Shown here in pieces: positions 25,553 through 44,405 of a stretch of DNA of 64,000 bases (positions are counted from its first letter, which is position 1; every line of letters begins with the position of its first letter). The notes beneath the pieces were generated by a model. It searched no databases. It was not told the DNA's origin and worked only from the letters and a program-made list of their open reading frames with translations. The DNA is from the human T2T-CHM13v2.0 reference genome, Homo sapiens. The position numbers were made by a program, and so were the translations under genes. The DNA is taken from assembly GCF_009914755.1 (NCBI RefSeq), contig NC_060941.1; one strand, 5' to 3'.

Positions 25553-26185
25553 CCATCCAGTCAGTCCCCATCCACCAGTCCCAATCCACCCAGTATCCAT
25601 CTACCCAGTTCCCATCCACCCAGTCCCCATCCACCAATCCCCATCCACCCAGTCCCCATCCACAAATCCCCATCCACCCAGTCCCCATCTACCAATCCCC
25701 ATCCACCCAGTCCCCACCCACCCAGTCCCCATCTACCCAGTCCCCATCCACCCAGTCCCCATCCACCAATCCCCATCCACCCAGTCCCCATCCACCCAGT
25801 CCCCATCCACCAATCCCCATCCACCCAGTCCCCACCCACCCAGTCCCCATCCACCAATCCCCATCCACCAATCCCCATCCACCCAGTCCCCATCCACCAA
25901 TCCCTACCCACCCAGTCCCCATCCACCCAGTACCCATCCACCAATCCCCACCCACCCAGTCCCCATCCACCCAGTCCCCATCCACCCAGTACCCATCCAC
26001 CAATCCCCACCCACCCAGTCCCCATCCACCCAGTACCCATCCACTCAGTCCCCATCCACCCAGTATCCATCTACCCAGTCCCCATCCACTCAGTCCCCAT
26101 CCACCCACTATCCATCCACCCACTCCCCATCCACCCAGTCCCCATCCACTCAGTACCCATTCACCCAGTCCCCATCCACCCGTTT
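25553..26185 (+). repeat. Minisatellite of mixed 15-mer CCCCATCCACCCAGT and 14-mer CCCCATCCACCAAT units
   Basis: Roughly 40 variant units read directly from the sequence. Source of the Pro/Ser/His-rich spurious ORFs. Confidence 0.95.
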
Positions 26186-27612
26186 CCCATGCACCCTCAC
26201 CCAACCCTGGTCTCCAGTCTCTCAGATTGAGGTCACCTCAGCTTCTCTGCACTGCAGTGGCCAGTGCAGGCAGTGCCCCCAGCCCCCCAGCTTGACCTCT
26301 GACCTTCCAGGACTCCAGGTTCCCACTCCAGCAGGTTAACAGTGCCAGTAATTCTGCTATCATTGCGCCTCCATGGGGTGCGGGGAGCAGGCTGTGTGGG
26401 CCCTTGGAAGCTCCCTAGGAAAGGATGAACCCCACAGTCCAGGGTCCTCTGCACAACGCTCAGAGCAGGATGGAGGAACATTGGGGGAAGAAGGTGGGCA
26501 GGCCCCAGTGTAGGAGACACCAACATCCCCCACCCATATCCTGTTCTGAGGCCAGGAAGAGGCCTGACCTACCCCTCCTCCTCCAGTGAGCCTTTCTTGG
26601 CTGACCAGGAGGCAGCTCTGTACAAGGGCTCCAGCCCAGGGCTGTGAGCAAGGGAGACCATGGGCCAGCCCCACCCCTTCTGGGTCTCTTGTTCCCTTCA
26701 TAACTGGAGGACAGATGGCAGCAGCACTCAGGAAAGGCTCAATGCTGATGCACCCGGGAAGTGCTGTGCTGCACGGGCCCAGTGGCTGGACAGGACTGTG
26801 GGAGCCCACCCAGCCCCTTCCTCCCTGTCTTAGTGTGTTTGGTGTTGCTCTAACAGAATACCTGAGACTAGGGCATTTACTTCTTTGTTTGTTTTTTAGA
26901 CAGGGTCTTGTTCTGTCACCCAGGCTGGAGTGCAGTGGCCCCTTCAGCTCACTGCAGCCTCCACTTCTTGTGCTCAAGTGATCCTTCCACCTTAGCCTCC
27001 AGAGTAGCTGGGACTACAAGTGTATGCCACCACACCTGGCTAATTTTTTAAATTTTTGTAGAGATCGCATCTCACTATGTTGCCCAGGCTGGTCTCGAAC
27101 TTCCTGGCCTCAAGCAATCCTCTCACCTTGGCCTCCCAAAATGCTGGGATACCATGCCTGGGCATAATTAAATTTCGGCAGGAGCACCTCCTTTACGCCT
27201 CAATCTGTGCCTCACCAAGGCCAGCGCTGCACGACTCCAGGGGGCCATGCATGTGTCCTGGCCGACCATCCTCCCCTGACCAAGATGCATTCTGAAAAGA
27301 TCCGGGGGCCGGCTCTGGGCCTTCACACATGCTGTTCTCTCCACCTGGAACACACTTCGCTTTCTCAAACGCCACCTCCCATTTATTTTTCAGCATACAG
27401 TTAAAAAATAAACTCCTGGGAAACCTGCCTTTATCCAGCTGGTAAAGTTCTCCTGTAGGTTCCCACAGCACCCGCTGCCTCAGTCTCCTCCCCATCCTGT
27501 CGCCCCACCGCCCCACCGCCCCACCGCCCCACCACCCCACAACCCGCCGCTCTCTCTGTCTCCCCAGGCTCAGCCCTACTGGTGCCTCCTTGCGCCCGGA
27601 CACGTGTAGACA

Positions 27613-27626
27613 GCGCCCTCTGCTGG
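27613..27626 (-). promoter_or_regulatory. CTCF motif (points away from palindrome centre)
   Basis: Reverse complement CCAGCAGAGGGCGC matches the CTCF core CCASYAGRKGGCRS. Adjacent E-box CACGTG at 27601-27606. Confidence 0.75.
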
Positions 27627-28062
27627 CGACTCTCAGCTAGCCGCTCAGCCTCGCCCGCCTGGGTCCCAGCTCTGCCCCAGGCTCAGGTCCGGGGCCCTGG
27701 AGGTCCAAATGAGGCCAGAATCCCGGGAAGAGTCACCCGGAGAGGAGCCTCGGTCTCGGAGCCACAGACCCTGCTCAAATCCCTCTCCTGCCTTCTAATT
27801 TTCATGTGGCCTCGAGCAAATCATCTTCCTTCCTTGAGATTCAGTTTCCCCTTCCGCAAAATGTATCCTCCACAACTCTTCCCTGAGTACTTACCGTGTG
27901 CTAGATACTGAGTTGGGCACCGGCGATACCGCAGGGACAACGATGAGCAAAGTCACTGCCTCAGGAAGCTGACATAGAGGGGACGGGCAATAAACAATAA
28001 ACACAACGCGGAATGTCAGTTGTCTATCTAGCACAGGGTGAGTGCTTAAAGAAGTGAAGCCG

Positions 28063-30667
<2,605 letters not shown>

Positions 30668-30845
30668 TCAAGGGGTGAAAGCCAAGAAGGAGCAGGTCAC
30701 TGCTGCAGGCAGCAGAGGCTCAGTGCTCTTGGGCGAGCACAGCTCGGAAGTGTCCCAACAAGGGCTGGAGAGGGTGGCACTTGTCCTCACTGTTCTTTTG
30801 CCCTTCGCCCGGGCTGAGCATTCTCTTGAAGCCAGAGAAAGTCCG

Positions 30846-33359
<2,514 letters not shown>

Positions 33360-33429
33360 TTATTAGGTAGTTATAGTTGAGAGAGGGTGTGGTGAGAACA
33401 CGAGAGTGGCCTCAGCCCAGTCCCACCAG

Positions 33430-33800
33430 AGTCTGCGGAGCCGCTGTCTGTCCCTGCTCCTGGCCGGTCTGCGGCAATCCCGTCATTTCTGCCTCGGTCT
33501 CTGCGTCTATGGGTACCGGTGCGTGGGTGGGTCAGTCTCTCTCTTGCGTTCTGTGTCTGTGTGGCCCGGACGCTGAGGGGTGTGGAGTGGCCCTGCCACA
33601 GGCCGTCCTTAGCACAGCCCCCGGGGGACCCCTCATTCACTTCCGGGACCGGAAGGCGACCTGTAGTTCCAGAAGCCGCCGCAAGAGGGCAGAGGCGGCC
33701 ATAGGATGGGGCGCGGCCCGCTGGGGGCTGCCTTGAGATGCGGCTAAGAAACCCGGCAGCCCTGGGAGGAACCACACTCCCAGCGCCCCACATGTGGGTT
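33430..33800. promoter_or_regulatory. Small CpG-rich promoter-like element (two ETS/GABPA sites, ACTACA motif, YY1-like site)
   Basis: CACTTCCGG 33638-33646, CCGGAAG 33649-33655, TGTAGTTCC 33662-33670 and GCGGCCAT 33695-33702 in locally CpG-rich unique sequence. Confidence 0.65.
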
Positions 33801-34294
33801 CGAACCTGGGCTCCTCCATTCCTAGGTTAAGGCTCTTAATCCTGCCACCAGTAAAATGGGTTACTGTAAGCTTTAAATAATGTGAATATAAGGTACCTAG
33901 TTTGTGAACCTGTTTTTCCCGTTTGCTTGGGGAACTGTGGACCTCCCACAGGGGCTGGGACCTTTTAATAAGTCATACAATTTAAGGAATTTTTATTTCC
34001 CTAGTGTCTGGTACTGAAAGCAGTGAGCAAGGGAATGACATGATTAGAAAATGAAATAGAAGGAAAAGGAGGAGGGGGAGTGGAAGAGGAGGGGGAAGAG
34101 GAAAAAGAATATGATAAAATGCACTTAAAAAAAAATCCAGGGGCCAGACATGGTGGCTCACACCTGTAATTCCAGCACTTCGGGATGCTGAAGTGGAAGG
34201 GATTACTTGAAGCCAGGAGATCAAGACCAGCCTGGGCAACACAATGAAATCCTGTCTCTACAATAAATAAATAAGTAAATAAATAAATAAGTCA

Positions 34295-34477
<183 letters not shown>

Positions 34478-34766
34478 CTACCCCTCATCAATAACCACAT
34501 TGGGTTTTTGGGTTTTCATACGTGAATTTGTGGTCTTTTTCTCACAACAAACTCATACATCCAAATATAAATTTATGAATATTTGCTCACAAACTCAAAG
34601 GTGCAAGAAATGTCACACTACTTCATTAAATTAAAAAAAAATTTTAAGTACTTGTTTTATAAACATGCTCAACAGAAAAAATCCAAGCCACTTAGAAAGT
34701 ATACAGAAAAAAAGCAATAAATCTCCCCCATCTGTGGGGTTTTATATTTCATGAACATCATCATAG

Positions 34767-35141
<375 letters not shown>

Positions 35142-35544
35142 TAAGACTGGGATCATAACCCATGCTATTCTGTTTGTGTGTGAACAGCCAGTGACTTGTC
35201 ATTATGTACGTATGCCTGTGTGTTTTAAGTGTTTTAAAAAATTAATTAGTAGAGGGCAGGCACAGTGGCTCATGCCTGTAATCCCAGCACTTTGGGAGGC
35301 CGAGGTGGACAGATCACCTGAAATCAGGAGTTCAAGACTAACCTGGCCAACACGGTGAAACCCCATCTCTACTAAAAATACAAAAATTAGCCAGGCATGG
35401 TGATGCATGTCTGTAATCCCAGCTACTTGGGAGGCTGAGGCAGGAGAATCTCTTGATTCAGTGAGACAAGATCGCACCACTGCACTCCAGCTGGGACACA
35501 GAGCAAGACTCCGTCTTTAAAAAAAAAAAAAAAAGAATTAATTA

Positions 35545-37272
<1,728 letters not shown>

Positions 37273-37594
37273 TCAGGAGGCCGAGGCACGTGACTCACTT
37301 GAACTCAGGAGGCAGAGGTTGCAGTGAGCCCAGATCGTGCCACTGCACTCCAGCCTGGGTGATGAAGTGAAACTCTGTCAAAACAGAAATTATTCTCTCG
37401 CAGTTATGAAGTCTCAAAGGGGGATCCTTCCTTGGCTCCTCCGGCGTCTGGAGGCTACTGGCCATCCTGGTGTTACTCAAACACCAGGGGTTCCATCTAG
37501 GGCCTGCCACTCACCTCACAGAAAGCCAATCAGTGAGACAACGATTCTTGCCAAGGAAGAAGGCTTTAATCAGGTGCTGCAGCTGAGGGGATGG

Positions 37595-39390
<1,796 letters not shown>

Positions 39391-39409
39391 TCCCCCCTAA
39401 AAAAAAAAT

Positions 39410-39735
39410 TGTTTTTAAGAGTCAAGATCTCACTCTGTCTCCCAGGCTGGGGTGCAGTGGGGTAACTGATCAGAGCTCACTGCAGCTTTGAACTCAGCCA
39501 GCTTCCCTGACTCAAACGATCATCCCGCTTCAGCCTCCCGAGTAGCTGGGACTACAGACGGTGCCATCACGCCCAGCTCATTGTTGATTCCCGCCCCCTT
39601 GGTAGAGACGGGATTCCGCTATATTGCCTGGGCTGGTGTCGAACTCATAGAACAAAGGATCCTCCCTCCTGGGCCTGGGCGTGGGCTCGCAAAACGCTGG
39701 GATTCCCGGATTACAGGCGGGCGCACCACACCAGG
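39410..39735 (-). mobile_element. Strongly remodelled antisense Alu abutting the U3 DSE (mirror 42507-42832)
   Basis: Alu skeleton recognisable but with many atypical substitutions and insertions, and CpG-rich. Confidence 0.75.
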
Positions 39736-39742
39736 AGCAAAC

Positions 39743-39798
39743 ACTTCCGGTTTTAAAAATTCAGTTTGTGATTGGCTGTCATTCAGTATTATGCTAAT
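39743..39798 (+). promoter_or_regulatory. Distal sequence element of left U3 (ETS ACTTCCGG, inverted CCAAT, octamer-like ATGCTAAT)
   Basis: ACTTCCGG 39743-39750, ATTGG 39771-39775 and ATGCTAAT 39791-39798 (about -226), the usual DSE position of snRNA-type promoters. Confidence 0.8.
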
Positions 39799-39954
39799 TA
39801 AGCATGCCCGGTTTTAAACCTCTTAAAACAACTTTTAAAATTACCTTTCCACCTAAAACGTTAAAATTTGTCAAGTGATAATATTCGACAAGCTGTTATT
39901 GCCAAACTATTTTCCTATTTGTTTCCTAATGGCATCGGAACTAGCGAAAGTTTC

Positions 39955-39971
39955 TCGCCATCAGTTAAAAG
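39955..39971 (+). promoter_or_regulatory. Proximal sequence element (PSE, SNAPc site) of left U3
   Basis: TCGCCATCAGTTAAAAG at -62 to -46 resembles the PSE consensus. No TATA box, so Pol II snRNA-type. Confidence 0.85.
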
Positions 39972-40016
39972 TTTGCGGCAGATGTAGACCTAGCAGAGGT
40001 GTGCGAGGAGGCCGTT

Positions 40017-40233
40017 AAGACTATACTTTCAGGGATCATTTCTATAGTGTGTTACTAGAGAAGTTTCTCTGAACGTGTAGAGCACCGAAAACCACGAGAA
40101 AGAGAGGTAGCGTTTTCTCCTGAGCGTGAAGCCGGCTTTCTGGCGTTGTTTGGCTGCAACTGCCGTCAGCCATTGATGATCGTTCTTCTCTCCGTATTGG
40201 GGAGTGAGAGGGAGAGAACGCGGTCTGAGTGGT
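40017..40233 (+). ncRNA. SNORD3: U3 small nucleolar RNA gene (box C/D), 217 nt, variant copy (box C' G83A, C133U)
   Basis: Starts AAGACTATACTTTCAGGGATCATTTCTATAG (boxes A'/A) and ends GGTCTGAGTGGT. Box B GAGCGTGAAG 40122-40131, box C TGATGA 40174-40179, box D CTGA 40225-40228. Box C' reads GAGAAAGA (40096-40103) instead of GAGGAAGA. Specific paralogue not determinable. Confidence 0.97.
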
Positions 40234-40247
40234 TTTTCCTTCTTGAT

Positions 40248-40261
40248 GGCTCAATGACAGA
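40248..40261 (+). terminator. Putative 3' box (Integrator 3'-end formation signal) of left U3
   Basis: GGCTCAATGACAGA about 15 nt downstream of the mature 3' end; degenerate match to the 3' box consensus ending in ...AGA. Confidence 0.5.
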
Positions 40262-40504
40262 GACTAGCTCGTAAACTCCGGGGCGTTTCTGGGCTGTTCG
40301 CTCCTGCTTGGCAATGTAGCGAGAAAGGTTTTCGCCTCCTGTTTCAGCGGTGACGGCTCTTGGGTTTTCTCGGGGTGGCTTTTTAATTTTAGTCTTGGCG
40401 CGAGGCGGGGGATGCTGTGTGGCACCTCCTATTGTCTCTTTTTGCGTTTTCTCCCATTCTCGCTCCCTCTTTTGTCGCCGTTTCCCGCCCGCCACTCCCA
40501 CCCC

Positions 40505-40946
40505 CAGACGGGGTCTCCGGGTCTCTTGTTCTGTCTGCCGCCCCGGCTGGAGTGCAGTGGCGCGATCTCGGCTCCTAGCAACATCTGCCTCCCGGGCTCA
40601 AGCGAGTCTCCCGCCTAAGCCCTCCCGAGTAGCCGGGGCTTAAAGGCGCACACGCCACTCCAGGCTTTTTTTTTTTTTTTTTTTTTTTTTTTTGGCAGAA
40701 ACGGGGTGTCAGCATGTTAGCCAGGCTGGTCTCCAACGCGTGATCTCAGGTGATCCGCCGGCCTCGGCCTCCCGAAGTTCTGGGATTACAGGCGTGAGCC
40801 ACTGCACCCGGCCCTTCTATTTTTTTAAATAGCGACGGGGTTTCACCATGTTGGCCAGGCTGCTCCTGAACACCTGAGTTCAGGTGATCCGCCCGCCTCG
40901 GCCTCCCGAAGTTCTGCGATTACAGGCGTGCCACCCGCACCCGGCC
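40505..40946 (-). mobile_element. CpG-rich antisense Alu plus extra left monomer downstream of U3 (mirror ~41318-41745)
   Basis: Alu consensus with retained CpGs. The palindrome inner boundary lies in the last monomer. Confidence 0.85.
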
Positions 40947-41338
40947 CTAAAAGTACTTTTTATAGAGATGGGGTCTCACTCTGTTGCCCAGACTGGTCTC
41001 AAACTGCTTATCTCAAGTGACTGACTGTCTGCCTCAGCTGCCCAAGTAGCAGGGATTACAGACACAAGCCACAGCCGCTGGCTCTATTCAGGAACATCTT
41101 AGTTCCAAGTTTTGGCAATTATGGATAAAGCTGCTATAAACAGGTGTGCAGGTTTTTGTGTGGACATTTTCAACTCATTTGGGTAGACACCAAGAGGCAC
41201 GAGTTCTGATCATACCGAAAGTGTTTAGTTTCAGAAGAAGCTGCTTTTCTTGGGCTCCATAACAAAATACACAGACTTTGTGGCTTAAATAACACAAATT
41301 TATTTCTTACAGTTCTCAGTCGGGCGCGGTGGCTCACT
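40927..41338. other. Palindrome spacer (~410 bp): FLAM/Alu, old L1 fragment and MLT1-like start; paralogous to 36785-37019
   Basis: No mirror partner at the centre. Shares the junction ...GGAACATCTTAGTTCCAAGTTTTGGCAATTATGG... with 36910-36945. Confidence 0.9.
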
Positions 41339-41986
41339 CCTGTAATCCCAGAACTTCGGGAGGCCGAGGCGGGCGGATCACCTGAACTCAGGTGTTCAGG
41401 AGCAGCCTGGCCAACATGGTGAAACCCCGTCGCTATTTAAAAAAATAGAAGGGCCGGGTGCAGTGGCTCACGCCTGTAATCCCAGAACTTCGGGAGGCCG
41501 AGGCGGGCGGATCACCTGAGATCACGCGTTGGAGACCAGCCTGGCTAACATGCTGACACCCCGTTTCTGCCAAAAAAAAAAAGCCTGGAGTGGCGTGTGC
41601 GCCTTTAAGCCCCGGCTACTCGGGAGGGCTTAGGCGGGAGACTCGCTTGAGCCCGGGAGGCAGATGTTGCTAGGAGCCGAGATCGCGCCACTGCAATCCA
41701 GCCGGGGCCGGCAGACAGAACAAGAGACCCGGAGACCCCGTCTGGGGGTGGGAGTGGCGGGCGGGAAACGGCGACAAAAGAGGGAGCGAGAATGGGAGAA
41801 AACGCAAAAAGAGACAATAGGAGGTGCCACACAGCATCCCCCGCCTCGCGCCAAGACTAAAATTAAAAAGCCACCCCGAGAAAACCCAAGAGCCGTCACC
41901 GCTGAAACAGGAGGCGAAAACCTTTCTCGCGACATGCCAAGCAGGAGCGAACAGCCCAGAAACGCCCCGGAGTTTACGAGCTAGTC

Positions 41987-42000
41987 TCTGTCATTGAGCC
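41987..42000 (-). terminator. Putative 3' box of right U3
   Basis: TCTGTCATTGAGCC, mirror of 40248-40261. Confidence 0.5.
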
Positions 42001-42014
42001 ATCAAGAAGGAAAA

Positions 42015-42225
42015 ACCACTCAGACCGCGTTCTCTCCCTCCCCAATACGGAGAGAAGAACGATCATCAATGGCTGACGGCAGTTGCAGCCAAGCAACGCC
42101 AGAAAGCCGGCTTCACGCTCAGGAGAAAACGCTACCTCTCTTCCTCGTGGCTTTCGGTGCTCTACACGTTCAGAGAAACTTCTCTAGTAACACACTATAG
42201 AAATGATCCCTGAAAGTATAGTCTT
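42015..42225 (-). ncRNA. SNORD3: U3 small nucleolar RNA gene, 211 nt, variant copy (A75G; 6-nt deletion at ~nt 189-194)
   Basis: Reverse complement of U3 with intact box C' GAGGAAGA and boxes B, C, D. It reads TTGGGGAG^GGAGAGAAC where the left copy has TTGGGGAGTGAGAGGGAGAGAAC. Confidence 0.96.
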
Positions 42226-42270
42226 AACGGCCTCCTCGCACACCTCTGCTAGGTCTACATCTGCCGCAAA

Positions 42271-42287
42271 CTTTTAACTGATGGCGA
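42271..42287 (-). promoter_or_regulatory. PSE of right U3
   Basis: CTTTTAACTGATGGCGA, exact reverse complement of the left PSE. Confidence 0.85.
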
Positions 42288-42443
42288 GAAACTTTCGCTA
42301 GTTCCGATGCCATTAGGAAACAAATAGGAAAATAGTTTGGCAATAACAGCTTGTCGAATATTATCACTTGACAAATTTTAACGTTTTAGGTGGAAAGGTA
42401 ATTTTAAAAGTTGTTTTAAGAGGTTTAAAACCGGGCATGCTTA

Positions 42444-42499
42444 ATTAGCATAATACTGAATGACAGCCAATCACAAACTGAATTTTTAAAACCGGAAGT
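42444..42499 (-). promoter_or_regulatory. DSE of right U3 (octamer-like, CCAAT, ETS)
   Basis: ATTAGCAT 42444-42451, CCAAT 42467-42471, CCGGAAGT 42492-42499. Confidence 0.8.
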
Positions 42500-43336
42500 G
42501 TTTGCTCCTGGTGTGGTGCGCCCGCCTGTAATCCGGGAATCCCAGCGTTTTGCGAGCCCACGCCCAGGCCCAGGAGGGAGGATCCTTTGTTCTATGAGTT
42601 CGACACCAGCCCAGGCAATATAGCGGAATCCCGTCTCTACCAAGGGGGCGGGAATCAACAATGAGCTGGGCGTGATGGCACCGTCTGTAGTCCCAGCTAC
42701 TCGGGAGGCTGAAGCGGGATGATCGTTTGAGTCAGGGAAGCTGGCTGAGTTCAAAGCTGCAGTGAGCTCTGATCAGTTACCCCACTGCACCCCAGCCTGG
42801 GAGACAGAGTGAGATCTTGACTCTTAAAAACAATTTTTTTTTTAGGGGGGATGGTATTAAATAGATACAAAATTTACCATTTTAACCATTTTTCACATAT
42901 ACAATTCAGTGGCATTAAGTACATTCGTGTAGCCATTGGCATGTAACCATCACCATTATTTATCTCCAGAACTTTTTCGACATCCCAAACTGAAACTCTA
43001 CCCGTAAAACAAACTTCCCTTTCCTCCCTCCGCCCAGACCCCTTTAACCACTATTCTACTTTCCGTCTCTATGAATTTGATTCTTGTAGGTATCTCTATA
43101 AGTGGAAACATGCAATATTGTCCTTTTGTATCTGGCTTATTTCACTTAGAATGACGTTTTCAAGGTTCATTCACGTTGTAACATGTTGCAGAATTTCACT
43201 CCTTTTTCAGGCTGGAGTGCAATGATGCATGATGTGACAGCTCACTGCAGCCTTGACCCCCAGGGCTCGGGTGATCCTCCCACGTCAGCCTCCTGAGTAG
43301 CTGGGATCGTAGGCACATGCCATCACGCTCCGCTAA

Positions 43337-43477
<141 letters not shown>

Positions 43478-43588
43478 TAATTACATTTTTGAATTGTTCC
43501 TTGCCAGTGCATAAAAACACAACTGGACCGGGCACGGTGGCTCACGCCTGTCATCCTAGCACTTTGGGAGGCCGAGGCGGGTGGATCA

Positions 43589-43877
<289 letters not shown>

Positions 43878-44096
43878 TTATTAGCTCTGGTAATTATTGT
43901 GCGTGTATTCTTTGGGATTTTCCCTATTTAAAGCGATGGTTTTATTTCTTATTTCTCAATTTGGTGCCTTTTCTTACCTAAAGGCTCTGGCTACAACTTC
44001 TAGCAAAATGTTGACTAGGCCAGGCGCGGTGGCTCACATCTGTAATTCCAGCATTTTGGGAGGCCGAGGCAGGCAGATAACAAGGTCAGGAGCTCA

Positions 44097-44405
<309 letters not shown>

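Noticed and set aside
25553-26185. CRISPR-like or telomere-like array
   Set aside because: No unique spacers and no TTAGGG units; an ordinary eukaryotic minisatellite.
25413-26339. 308-aa and 279-aa Pro/Ser/His-rich ORFs (and mirrors at 55909-56835)
   Set aside because: They are open only because the minisatellite lacks stops. The mixed 14/15-nt units shift frame repeatedly, which is incompatible with coding constraint.
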